A stretch of DNA of 64,000 nucleotides. It comes from Mustelus asterias (Eukaryota). The notes beneath the pieces are model-generated. The model was not told the DNA's origin. It saw nothing but the letters and a program-made list of their open reading frames with translations, and made no database searches. Position 1 is the stretch's first letter. Each line of letters opens with the position of its first letter. The DNA lies in the NCBI RefSeq assembly GCF_964213995.1, contig NC_135823.1, positions 53,010,001 to 53,074,000 of the forward strand, in the 5' to 3' direction. The translations under genes and the position numbers were made by a program. Below, in pieces: positions 51,746 through 63,744 of this stretch.

Positions 51746-53110
51746 AAGAACATAAGAACATAAGAAATAGGAGCAGGAGTAGTCCATCTAGCCCCTCGAG
51801 CCTGCCCCGCCATTCAATAAGATCATGGCTGATCTGACGTGGATCAGTACCACTTACCCGCCTGATCCCCATAACCCTTAATTCCCTTACCGATCAGGAA
51901 TCCATCCATCCGCGCTTTAAACATATTCAGCGAGGTAGCCTCCACCACCTCAGTGGGCAGAGAATTCCAGAGATTCACCACCCTCTGGGAGAAGAAGTTC
52001 CTCCTCAACTCTGTCTTAAACCGACCCCCCTTTATTTTGAGGCTGTGTCCTCTAGTTTTAACTTCCTTACTAAGTGGAAAGAATCTCTCCGCCTCCACCC
52101 TATCCAGCCCCCGCATTATCTAATAAGTCTCCATAAGATCCCCCCTCATCCTTCTAAACTCCAACGAGTACAAACCGAATCTCCTCAGCCTCTCCTCATA
52201 ATCCAAACCCCTCATCTCCGGTATCAACCTGGTGAACCTTCTCTGCACTCCCTCCAATGCCAATATATCCTTCCTCATATAAGGGGACCAATACTGCACA
52301 CAGTATTCCAGCTGCAGCCTCACCAATGCCCTGTACAGGTGCATCAAGACATCCCTGCTTTTATATTCTATCCCCCTCGCAATATAGGCCAACATCCCAT
52401 TTGCCTTCTTGATCACCTGTTGTACCTGCAGACTGGGCTTTTGCGTCTCATGCACAAGGACCCCCAGGTCCCTTTGCACGGTAGCATGTTTTAATTTGTT
52501 TCCATTGAGATAGTAATCCCATTTGTTATTATTTCCTCCAAAGTGTATAACCTCGCATTTATCAACGTTATACTCCATTTGCCATATCCTCGCCCACTCA
52601 CTCAGCCTGTCCAAATCTCTCTGCAGATCTTCTCCGTCCTCCACACGATTCACTTTTCCACTTATCTTTGTGTCGTCTGCAAACTTCGTTACCCTACACT
52701 CCGTCCCCTCCTCCAGATCATCTATATAAATGGTAAACAGTTGCGGCCCGAGTACCGATCCCTGCGGCACGCCACTAGTTACCTTCCTCCAACCGGAAAA
52801 ACACCCATTTATTCCGACTCTTTGTTTCCTGTCGGATAGCCAGTCCCCAATCCACTTTAACACACTACCCCCAACTCCGTGTGCCCTAATCTTCTTCAGC
52901 AGCCTTTTATGGGGCACCTTATCAAACGCCTTTTGGAAATCCAAAAACACCGCATCCACCGGTTCTCCTCCATCAACCGCCCTAGTCACATCTTCATGAA
53001 AATCCAACATGTTCGTCAAGCACGACTTTCCCCTCATGAATCCATGCTGCGTCTGATTGATCGAACCATTTCTATCCAGATGCCCTGCTATCTCCTCTTT
53101 AATAATAGCT
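51746..53110 (-). mobile_element. 5'-truncated CR1-clade (HER1-like) LINE: RT C-terminal half plus 3' UTR
   Basis: ORF 52120-53037 has LDFQKAFDKVPH, GVPQGSVLGP and FADD motifs. One nonsense codon (TAG at 52122-52120) precedes the in-frame continuation 51844-52116. (TTCTTATG)n tail. Confidence 0.95.
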
Positions 53111-55533
53111 TCATTCTCTAATATCTAGTAAACTCAAAAATGCTGTTTTCAAATCCCATTTTGTTATCAGGGAGAAACAAGAGTCAAGTTTAAGCCTGTC
53201 CTCATTCACCCTCCATCTGCACTTCCAACAGTAGTTGCTGGACCAAGATCAAGGCAGGAATCCTGTTTGATGTTTCTCCCTGCAAAACTGGGGTAGTTTG
53301 TTTGGGGGTGGGGGTGGTAGGGGGGGTTCTGGTATAGTTAAATGACTCAAATGCTCTGTCAGCGCACACTTCCTCTGAAAGTGTCATTTTTATGATTCTA
53401 GCAGTTACCTGAATGATGTGTCCCTCTGTTTCCTTACTCCACTCCCGTTCAGTGAGGTCATGATTTATTTAATCGATTTGATCTCGGATTTGTGTGTGCA
53501 TGAATTTTACTAACTTGGAAATACTATTACTGTTTATGTTAACATGACATCTTGTGTATCTAGTTGTTGCCAATTACTACATTGCACAAATCACAAGCAT
53601 CTCGGAGCTTTGTTTATATCCAATCAGATGTGATACATGAGATACAGCTTTATTTTACATATTATCAGACTTGCTTCTGGCCACCATTTCACTTCAAAAC
53701 AGGCAGCACAAGTCTGCAAGCGACCTGTCAAAACTTGCATGCAGGTCATTTGTGGCCTGCCCATGTGCTGCAGTCTGTTTGTATTCAGTCTGAAGCTGCC
53801 CAAATTGCAAAAGGAAAATAAAAACAAGAGAAGCAAGTCCTCCACCTGTGTTCTCTACCAATAACTGCAACAACTAGAACAGAAGATCTTGATGGACCTT
53901 TTTATGAAGATTTTATTGTATAGAAAATGTGCCTGACCTGGATACCACCACCACCACCTCTCTCTTTGAGGGGGGGAAAAAACATTGTGACGTTATACAA
54001 TATCTTATCGCTTGGAATTTTGGTTAAATTGTAATCATGTTCTTTAAAAAGTATCCAATTGTTTGGAATGTGTTTGCAATTTTGATAAACATGCTGAACA
54101 GAGTTAAATCTTTGTGAGTTAATTTACAATGTGACTATTGGTATGGGTTTTAATTTTAATTTACTATTCTGACACTGTGGCATGAGTTCATCTGTCTTTC
54201 AGATGATGCCTTAAATCGAGGTTTCAGCTGCTGCCTCAGTTGGATGTAAAAGGTTTCATGGAACTATGTCAAAAAGAGGAAGGTGCCCGACTACAATTAT
54301 CGCTGAAATGCCATCACTGAAACAAATTATCTGGTTTTGCTCATGTGGGACTGAGCTGTGTACAAAAGTGGTTGCTGTATTTCTGCACAAGTACAAAAGT
54401 ACTTTGTTGGCTGTGGTGCTTTAGGACATCTCAGGGTTGTGAAAGGCACTATATAAATGCAATTTTTCTGCTTTGCGCAAGTATTTCAAAAAGTCGCCCT
54501 CTTGAGTGTCCGGTTGCAGTTAATTCCATTCGATTGACCAAAGGCTTCTGCTGTTTAGAATGGCATGTGGATAGGGGGGAACGTGTTCATGTTCTATGAT
54601 GGGATGAACAAGTAGTTTCTTCTGCAGCAACACCGTGGGCTCAAATAACAGACTCCACTGTTTTCCGCTACATTTCCAAGCTTATCGCTGTTACTGAAAC
54701 GGTTTCAGAATTTTACAGGGTTTTTTTTACTGCATTATTTTATGTCTTTCATTGTAATTTCAGTAAAACTTTCGACCATAAAATGCTTTTGAAGTTAGCT
54801 GTCTGCAAGTGCCTGCGTGTTATGACTATCACCTAACATTTTCTGAACGTACTCCACAAATGGCTGGCCCGGGATGTGGGGGAGCAGGGGGGTGGGGTTG
54901 GGGTGCTGTCTAAATCGAGGACATCTTCAATGCAAATATTTTGCATTAAGGGAGACAATCCTTTCTCCTGTTAAACGGCACGAATATGTTCATTTGAGGG
55001 CGTCTCGAGTGCTCGCTGCCAGCTTTTGAAGTTTTGTGATTCACATGACACACACATCAACCGTCTATGCAAATATAGAATCTGAATCAGTGCTTGTAGC
55101 ATAAACAGCCACAGCCACCAGTCAGTGTGGGACGGCGAACGCGCCTTGCTAGCATGGACTGGCTCCAAGAATGCAGTTTCAAGCCCTTCACCGATTTTCT
55201 TTCTTTTGGGGGGGGGGGGCGTAAAATGGATTACCCCGGCCCTTCAAAGCGATATATATACATATTGTAAGGGTTGCAATGTTACAGGGCGATTTCAGGG
55301 GTCGCTAGCTGCCTCTCTCTCTGCGTTGAAGCCTTTGCTTTTTATGGCTCTCCATTCTGTGGATTCTGACCCCTTGCAGACTTGTTTTTCATCACAACGA
55401 GAAACAATTCATAAACATGACAGCCATTGTGAAATGTGCGACTTAAATGTTACAGGACAATAAACGTGCTTCCACGGGTAAGACAAAGAGGGGTAGGTGA
55501 TATATATATTATATACATATAAACATAATTTAC

Positions 55534-55630
55534 CTACGGATTCAATCTCCAGGAGGCGCTGAAGATCGCGGATGCTGGTAATATCACTGTGTGCCAGCTT
55601 CTCCAGCAATTCTGGGGGAAATTCAGCTTC
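55534..55630 (-). CDS. PDGFA: PDGFA exon 2 (propeptide [33 protein letters not shown])
   Basis: 97 nt, acceptor ttccaag, donor gtaaat; [11 protein letters not shown] is the PDGF-A propeptide motif. Confidence 0.97.
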
Positions 55631-56655
55631 CTTGGAAGTAAATGAGGCAAATAAGCGAAGAGAAATGCAAAATTAAAAACAAGAGAAAATCATCGACAAA
55701 ACGAGTGACGCCTCTTCCTTTTTTAAAACAAAATCAAAAAGAAAAAGTTTTGTAGAAACGTTTACAATCGTGTTTATTAGTGCAGAACCGAGCAGAGGTC
55801 GACCGTACAACCTGGAACACATGGAAGTGTTAAACGGGGTTGAAAAGGGCTAGGTTGAGGTTGTGAGAGCATGTTTCTTTTCGCTGCTGTACTCAAGCGC
55901 AGTAAACAGCCCTGGAAGTGACCCACAGGGAACCGGATCCCTCTTTGCAAAAGGCACCGGCCTGCATTCGTTCTGAGTCACCGAATGAAATGTAGCAGTG
56001 CCCAAACCCAAAGTGCAGCAGGAAAGTTTCTGTGCTCGGAGTGAAAGCACCTGGTGTTGTGTTTCCTTGTAACTTTTGCAGCCTGCTACATTGATCACGG
56101 AGAGACACAAACTGCAACACAGGGACTGAAAATCTCAGCCACGCTGATGGTACTTTGCCCTCACACACAGGGACTTTAAGCCATAACTATACACAGCCAT
56201 AACTATATGTGCTGTGTTGCTCCCCCCCCCCCCCCCACTCTCTCCTTCCTCGATCTTAATGTAGTGTCTTTCAGAGAGAAAAAAATAAGATCACCATTGT
56301 GTCCGCTTACGATATTATTTAACTGACTGAATACCGAGGCACACAAGCCGAGACCTGCTGCCGAAAAAAATGCTGTCACGCACCAACATACAAAATATCC
56401 ATTCCCTGAGGGAATACAAAAAACATTTGCCCAATTTTAGAGAATTGGAAGAGAAAATGTGCCCAGCGCAGAGTTTGCCGAGTAGTTGAGCTGTATGTAG
56501 TCAATGTGCACAGCGGTGGAGAGGGGGGGCAAAAAGTACAACTCGTTCAAAAATTAAACATAACTGCAGAACAACCACTCAACGTAAAATAGAGGCAAGA
56601 GCAGCTTGGGAGCAAGGAACAGGTTAACAGTGCTTTAGCCTAACAGCTTACTTAC

Positions 56656-56716
56656 CTCAGTATTCACACAGGTCAGGTAGCAAAAAGCCAAGCATGAAAT
56701 AGACTGTGGCTCTCAT
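56656..56716 (-). CDS. PDGFA: PDGFA exon 1 coding part (signal peptide MRATVYFMLGF-CYLTCVNTE); apparent 1-nt insertion
   Basis: ATG at 56716 and donor GAG|GTAAGT. 61 nt as assembled; removing one T from the T5 run (56682-56686) gives a 20-aa signal peptide in frame with exon 2. Confidence 0.85.
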
Positions 56717-56804
56717 TTCGTTTCAGCTGAAGTTGGTCCTGGAGCGGGAATCGATCATTTAGGAGCTTCTGCGGCGCCCCTGTCCCAGTAAAATTCAGTA
56801 CCAT
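56673..56804 (-). promoter_or_regulatory. strong-context uORF (GGGATGG) overlapping the PDGFA start out of frame
   Basis: ATG at 56804, 88 nt upstream of the main ATG, with no stop before the main ATG. Confidence 0.6.
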
Positions 56805-56889
56805 CCCTCGGGAAAGTAACCAGTGTGCGAGGATTTATTGTTTCACGTTGGGTTTGTACGTTTCCTCGCCGTGCTCTCCCTCTCTGGCA

Positions 56890-56919
56890 TCAGCAGTAGA
56901 CCAGCCGGTACATCTGCAT
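56890..56919 (-). promoter_or_regulatory. uORF MQMYRLVYC* in PDGFA 5' UTR
   Basis: ATG CAG ATG TAC CGG CTG GTC TAC TGC TGA read directly. Confidence 0.65.
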
Positions 56920-57045
56920 ATTTGCTCAGATCAGAGCAAACAGAAAAAACCCATGAGTCAACACTGCACCGGGGACTGATACGCCCATCACCTGTCTGGG
57001 GAGCACTGGAAAAAAAAGGGATGGGACATAGAGGAGGAGGGGGGG

Positions 57046-57052
57046 ATTTATA
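57046..57052 (-). promoter_or_regulatory. candidate TATA box (TATAAAT)
   Basis: Motif about 330 nt upstream of the ATG; no TSS data. Confidence 0.25.
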
Positions 57053-57447
57053 ATAAAAGCCAAACTTATTCCTTGTTAAAACAAAAAAATAAAATCAACA
57101 GATGGACGACTCCGTTTAAAAATCCAGGTTAAGAGAGAACATAAACTGGGCTGATCAAACTTTTTTTGTTTGTAGTTGTAGTTTTTTTTAAAGAAAATCC
57201 TATTTCTCTGAATTCATCTCGGCTCAACGTGTTTAATTCTTGCAGTTTGTTGGCTGAAGCTCACACGCAGTTTTTTTTTGGTTTAGAAATTTCTCTGATA
57301 TCAGCTGGCAATTTGGGAGAGGGTGCTGAACCGTCTCGCCGAGAGGCTGGCGATCCTTCCCCTGGGCTGACAAAGGAACAGAGGCTGATTGTCGACTTCC
57401 CCCCCTCTTGCCCCCAACTTCAAACCTCGCAAAGAGCTGCAGAGTGA

Positions 57448-57647
57448 NNNNNNNNNNNNNNNNNNNNNNNNNNNNNNNNNNNNNNNNNNNNNNNNNNNNN
57501 NNNNNNNNNNNNNNNNNNNNNNNNNNNNNNNNNNNNNNNNNNNNNNNNNNNNNNNNNNNNNNNNNNNNNNNNNNNNNNNNNNNNNNNNNNNNNNNNNNNN
57601 NNNNNNNNNNNNNNNNNNNNNNNNNNNNNNNNNNNNNNNNNNNNNNN
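57448..57647. other. assembly gap (200 N)
   Basis: Exactly 200 Ns, probably a placeholder of unknown true length. Confidence 0.99.
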
Positions 57648-59155
57648 GACGGGGGTGGGGGGGGAGAGAGAGGATGGGGGTGGGGGGGAGAGAGAGGAGG
57701 GGGGGGTGGGGGGAGAGAGAGGAGGGGGGTGGGGGGAGAGAGAGGCGGGGGGTGGGGGGAGAGAGAGGAGGGGGGTGGGGGGAGAGAGAGGAGGGGGTTG
57801 GGGGAGAGAGAGGGGGGTGGGGGGAGAGAGAGGAGAGGGGTGGGGAAGAGAGAGGACGGAGGTGGGGGGAGAGAAAGGAGGAGGGTGGGGGGAGAGAGAG
57901 GAGGGGGTTGGGGGAGGGAGAGGAGGGGGGTGAGGGAGGAGGGGGGTTGGGGGGAGAGATAGGAGGGGGGTGGGGGGGACAGAGGAGGGGGGTGGGGGGG
58001 AGAGAGAGGAGGGGGGTGGGGGGAGGAGAGGAGGGGGGTGGGGAGGGAGAGAGAGGAGGGGGGTGGGGAGGGAGAGGGAGGGGGTGGGGAGGGAGAGGGA
58101 GGGGGTGGGGAGGGAGAGGGGGGTGGGGGGGAGAGAGAGGAGGGGGGTGGGGGGGAGAGAGAGGAGGGGGGTGGGGGAGAGAGAGAGGAGGGTGGTCGGG
58201 GAGAGAGAGAGGAGGGTGGTCGGGGAGAGAGAGGGAGGGGTGTGGGGGAGAGAGTGGAGGGGTGTGGCGGGAGAGAGGAGGTGGGGTGGGAGGAGAGTGG
58301 GGGTGGCGGGTGAGAGGAGGTGGGGGTGGGGGAGAGAGGAGGTGGGGGTGGGGGGAGAGAGGAGGTGGGGGAGAGAGGGGCTGGGAGAGAGGCGGAGAGA
58401 TGTGAGGGGAGGTGGGGGGAGATGTGAGGGTAGGTGGGGGGAGATGTGAGGGGAGGTGGGGGGAGATGTGAGGGGAGGTGGGGGGAGAGGGAGGGTGGGG
58501 CTGAAGGGGGGGTGAGGTGGGGAGAAGGGGGTTGGGAAGAGAGGAGATGGGGGCAGAGGGGCGGTGGGGGCAGAGACACGGTGATGGGGAGGTGAGAGGA
58601 GGTGTGGGGGAGAGGGATGGTGGAGGGAGATAAGGGGGACAGGGACGGTGGGGGGGAGGTGTGAGGGAGAGGATGGGGAGAGGGTATGGGGTGGGGGTTG
58701 GGGAAGGGAGAGGGGGTTGGGGTATAGAGGGGGAGAGGGGAGGAGGTGGGGGAAAGAGGAGGGAATGGAGTGTGGGCGGGAGGGAGTGTGGGTAGGAGAG
58801 GATGGGGATGGGATGTGGGGAGGAGGGGGTGGAAGGGTGGAGGGAGGGGATGGGGGTGGGGCCTAGAAGTGAGGTTGGGGAGGGAATGGGTGGGATTGGG
58901 GGAGTGAAAGTGGGGGACAGGGGTTGGGGAGAGGGGCTGGGGCAAGGGAGGGTGGGGAGATGGGGAGGGGAGAGAATGGGTTGGGGCAGGGGAAGAAGGG
59001 GGAGGGGAGCGTTAGAGGTGAGAGATGGGAGGGGGAAGGCGGAAGGAGGTGTAAGATTGTGGGAGAAAGAGGGAGGAATAGGTGAGGGGGAAGGGGGTGG
59101 TGGAGAAAAGGAGGGGAGGGAGTGAAGGGTGAGAAATGGGGGAGAATGAGGGACT
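57648..59155 (+). repeat. G/A-rich low-complexity minisatellite (approx. GGGGGTGGGGGGAGAGAGAGGA units; later GGGGGAGATGTGAGGGGAGGT)
   Basis: Degenerate ~20-24 nt purine-rich tandem units visible directly. Confidence 0.95.
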
Positions 59156-59319
59156 AGGCCCAATATCAATCCCACCTTGCTTACCCCTACCCCCTCCCCC
59201 AGCTGAACCACCACGCCCCCCCTTTTCACACCCTCCCTTTTCACATCCCCTCACCCCCCTTTTCACACCCTCCACGCCCCTTACAAACACCCCCTCCCAG
59301 ACTCCCCCCCCCCCCCCCA

Positions 59320-59525
59320 CCCGTGCGCCGGTTGGACCTAAAATGGCGGCTTGAGAGTCCGCGTGCACCACTCCCCGTCACCCTACTGTGCACGCGCATC
59401 GACTGACCAATCAGGGCCCTTCCCTCTCCCCCAGGCGCGGGAATCCCCGGCACGCGGTGTCACGTGCTGTCCCCGGGAGCTGCAGCGCGAGCGGGCTCTG
59501 CGGGAGCTGCCACAGCAAGGCGAAA
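59320..59525. promoter_or_regulatory. CpG-rich promoter-like block (YY1, NRF1-like, CCAAT, E-box)
   Basis: AAAATGGCGGC 59340-59350, TGCACGCGCA 59389-59398, CCAAT 59407-59411, GTCACGTG 59459-59466, high CpG density. Confidence 0.65.
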
Positions 59526-59622
59526 TGTTGCAAAGCTTTGCTGCCAGTCTCCTGTTTGCAAGCAGTGTCATCCCAGCCTGTTCAGCAAACAGCAGCTTCC
59601 TCCTGAGCTACAAATAGCTTCA

Positions 59623-59754
59623 TAATAAAAGCAAAACACTGAGGATGCTGGAATCTGAAACAAAAGCAGAAAATGCCTGAAAATCTCAGCAGCTCTGACA
59701 GCATCTGTGGGGAGAGAACTGAGCTAACCTTTGGAGTCCAGCTGATCCTGCGTC
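59623..59754 (-). mobile_element. Penelope-like family 2 fragment, 10-bp TSD
   Basis: AATAGCTTCA at 59613-59622 and 59755-59764. Confidence 0.65.
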
Positions 59755-60429
59755 AATAGCTTCAAATTGCTGGGGTTAGTACAATTGTTCTGTTTGGGTG
59801 TGAAATCTACAATGCACATGGCTTTGATCTGAACCCCTTTCGGAGCAATTGCATCAGTTACCAGATGAAAGGAGACATGCAAACTGCTTATTGCAAGATG
59901 AGAGATTGAGCAAATTAGCGTGGCAGCACAGAATCAACTTGCTTTTTGATAATTCTGTGGTGTGGCGCCCATCGGCGAGACTTTGATGGGGGTGGGGGGG
60001 GGCGAAATGGGAAAGGTGCAAAGTACACTGTTAATGTGTTTTCATTGTCATGACACACTCCCCACCAACACATGGGGCTGGGGATTAATTTAACTCATCA
60101 ATTTTATTAAAATTGTCAGTTTATGGTCTTAATTGCTGTGCACATATTCTTCACATGAAAATATAAGTAGCATTGAAACAAGATGAACAAGGCTAAGCAA
60201 AACAAACCACTAAAGAATTTGCAAACAGGACAGGAAGGTTTCCTGCCCCTTTGCTTACATCACCACATGGGGGTTTTGTGTAGCTTTTGGGATGCACAGT
60301 GAAAGCCATTAGGCACGATTTTCCCACCCCACCACGCTGGTCGAGTAGCAGGTAATGAAATGTAAACACAGTAAGAAGTTTAACAACACCAGGTTAAAGT
60401 CCAACAGGTTTATTTGGTAGCAAAAGCCA

Positions 60430-60466
60430 CACAAGCTTTCGGAGCCCCAAGCCCCTTCTTCAGGTG
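60430..60466 (-). ncRNA. minimal hammerhead motif in a family 1 variant (element ~60361-60470)
   Basis: CAC-CUGAAGA-A-GGGGC-UUGGG-GCUCC-GAAA-GC-UU-GUG. Confidence 0.65.
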
Positions 60467-61439
60467 AGTCACTTTTATTAACGTAATTATTAACGTAATC
60501 AGCCTCGTGCCAGGGAACAGCGATTTTAATATTGATGAGTTCATTTACATCTGTTCAGCAAGCCCGGGACGGTATCATCCGGGCTCATTTAGGTTTCCAA
60601 CCTGGTTGGTGGAGGACCACACCAGCGGTGATCACAGATGGTCCCCAACAACGGGGACCAGATGTGATGACCTCACTGGTGGGACCAGAGGCCATTGAGC
60701 CCCCCCCCCCGGGAGATTGGAGATGGGGGCAGTGCCCTTGGGCAGTGCCAGCCTGGCACCCTAACAATGCCAACTTGGCACACTGACAGTGCCCACCAGG
60801 CACTGGCAGTTCCAAGGGGCAGGGCCTCAGGGGGTGGGGCCAGATGAGGCAGAGCCAGCCCGAGGGGAGGAAGGTGGAGAGCTCTGCATATACTAGGAGA
60901 TTGGCACATGCCCGATGGCCCCCTGAGCACTCTGCTGCCGGCCTCTTCAGCAGGATTAGGCTACCCCCTGCCCCACTGGTCGTGAATCGACTGGCAGCCT
61001 CTGTATTGCACAGAGTGCCGTAAATTATCAAAACTCAGCTCACCCAACAAACAAGTGGGAAAACCTCCCATTTTTCCAACCATTGGGCACTTAGATTTAC
61101 TTTGGGAAAATCGCCTCCAAATAGCTTTAGTCTCAGTCTCTGCAACCGTACCATCTCCAGCAACAGAATTAGTCGGTGGTAATTTGGTATGAAGCTCAAA
61201 CCAGTCTTCATCATGGTGTGATCACACTTAAAATCCACATAAATCTAGCTCCTATTTTAGTTGCGGATGTGGAGTGATTTCAACATAGGATGTTGTTGAG
61301 AACGATAGGTCAGTTATTAGTGTCAGCTTGGGACCAGTGGATAGAATGCTGGCACTTCTGAGTTAGAAGGTTTTCAGTTCATGTTGCCCTCCAGGACTGG
61401 AACACAAAAACCAAATCCCATATATGGTCGGAGGTTCTA

Positions 61440-62008
61440 CATTCTGCACTCTCTCCTTTCCTTCCCTTCCCTATGTAAGTAATGCTTTGTCTGTACAGCG
61501 CGCAAGAAACAATACATTTCACTGTAAACCAACTCTTACCAACTTTTACAGATGCACCATAGAAAGCATTCTTTCTGGTGTATCACAGCTTGGTATAGCT
61601 CCTGCTCTGCTCAAGACCGCAATAAACTACAAAAAGACGTGAATGTAGCCTAATCCATCACGCAAACCAGCCTCCCATCCATTGCCTCTGTCTACACTTC
61701 CCGCTGCCTCGGCAAAGCAGCCAGCATAATTAAGGATCCCACGCACCCCGGACATTCTCTCTTCCACCTTCTTCTGTTGGGGAAAAGATAAAGAAGTCTG
61801 AGGTCATGTAACAACTGATACAAGAACAGCTTCTTCTCTGCTGCCATCAGACTTCTGAATGGACCTACCTCGCATTAAGTTGATCTTTCTCTTCACCCGA
61901 ACGGTGACTATGTCACTACATTCTGCAATCTCTCGTTTCCTTCTCTATGAACGGTATGCTTTGTCTGTATACTAATACGTGACAATAATAGATCAAATCA
62001 AATCAAAA
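61440..62008 (+). mobile_element. Rex1/Babar LINE 3' fragment(s)
   Basis: TLTNFYRCTIESIL remnant and (ATCAA)n tail. Confidence 0.78.
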
Positions 62009-63339
62009 AGGTTCCGATGGGATGATGACCCAAGGGCTTGTTTGCACTCTCAAGTGGACATAAAAGACCCTACTACAGCCACTATTTTGGAAAAGAGCAG
62101 AGGGACTCCCCCTCCTGAGCTGACCAATATTTATCCCGCGTCATCACAAAACAGCTTACATGGGAGCTTGCTGTGCGCAAATATTGGCTAGCGTGTTTCT
62201 GACATTTAAACAGACTGCACTTCAAAAGTGCTTTATCATCTGTAAAGTGTTTTGGGAGGACCTGTGTTCATGAGAGATGCTGTATAAATGGAAACCTTTA
62301 ATGCCCTTGAAAATCACTATTAATTTATAATGTAACTTTCTATTTGTTGAATTGATAGCAGAAAAATACAAGGTCATTTGCTCACAAGTTCCATCTGTCT
62401 CCTATCATGAGAAATACGTCAGTATGCATCATATTAAGATTGATTCACCATGGGGGCTGCATTTTCCCTCCCTCCAGGCAAGCATCAAGCAGGCGGCAGT
62501 TACCATCTCACATCTGCCCCTGAATCATAGCGATAGGCAGACAAGTGTTCTAGACACTTGCATCAATATAGTATGTAAATCTGCTGGCAAAAGACAGATG
62601 AGCAATAGTAACAGTGTAGAAATCTTGGATGAGATCCATTGATATATACAAACCAGCCTACGGCATCTGATACAGCATGGGTGTAGACCTGGCCTGGTCA
62701 TTTTCAAGCAATAGTGTCTCTCCCAGGTCAAAGCTTCTAGGATCATTCTTCAAGATAAGCGTAGGCCTAAATTCCTTCTACCAGCCCCCCACCCCCATCC
62801 TAAAACAATGCCTCCAGTAATTACTGGGTCAACCCCAGTGTGTGATGGAATACTCACCACTTGGATGAGTGTGACTCCAACAACACTCACCCAGGACAAA
62901 GCACTCCACCTGCTTAGACCCCATTTAGGACATGAAACATTTACTCCCTCCTACACTAATGCACTGTGGCAGCAGTCTGTACTCTACTCAATGCATATCA
63001 GCAACTCATCAAGCCTCCTTCAACAGCATCTTCCAAACCCACGACCTCTAACACGCTGAAGACCAAGGTCAACAAGCACATTGGAACACCATTACCTGGT
63101 TCCCCATCCAAGTCACAATATATCACCTTTCCTTCCTTGTCGCTGAGTCAAAATCCTCCCTCCCTGTGGGAGAACCTCCCACACATGACTCTGACAGCTC
63201 ACCACCACCTTCTCAAGGGCAATTAGGGATGGGTCAGTAAATACTGACCATGAATGAATGGGTACATCCTCACTTCAAGCATACAGAATAGGAAAAGCAT
63301 TTTTATATCTGTGTTTAGAACCAAGGCCAGGATACATTC

Positions 63340-63620
63340 AGCCCATCGAGCCAGCACCAAAAACAATTCCACCCAGGTCTGATCCCCAGAACTCCATATA
63401 TTTACCCTGCTAGTCCCCCTGACACTAAGGAGCAATTTACCATGGCCAATCCACATAACGTGCACATTTTTGGAATGTGAGAGGAAACTGGAGTACCCAG
63501 AGGAACCCACACAGACATGGGGAGAACGTGCAGACTCCATACAGACAGTCCCCCAAGTTTGGAATCGAACCTGGGTCCCTGGCGCTGTGAGTGCTAACCA
63601 CTGTGCCACCGTGCCACCCA
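63340..63620 (-). mobile_element. HE1 V-SINE
   Basis: Family match. Confidence 0.8.
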
Positions 63621-63744
63621 CTTCACATCCTTCCGAAAGTGTGGTGCCCAGAATTGGACACAGCACTCCAGTTGAGGCTGAACCAATGTTTTACTAAGGT
63701 TCACAATAACCTTGCTTTTGTATTCTATGCACTTATTTATGAAA

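Noticed and set aside
52120-53037. 305-aa reverse transcriptase as a host gene or retron/DGR-like system
   Set aside because: Ordinary 5'-truncated CR1 LINE with a nonsense codon and a typical 3' tail.
56179-56207. Short tandem duplications (AGCCATAACTATA x2; also ~45133 and ~60474)
   Set aside because: Ordinary slippage duplications with no supporting context.
55626-56655. Rescue of the exon 1 frameshift by alternative splice sites (GAAG| acceptor 4 nt into exon 2, or GT 4 nt into intron 1)
   Set aside because: The in-frame TGA lies inside exon 1 before either junction, so neither restores the protein.
57233-59244. Long Pro-rich (570/647 aa) and Gly/Glu/Arg-rich ORFs
   Set aside because: By-products of low-complexity sequence lacking stop codons; open in several frames and run through the N gap.
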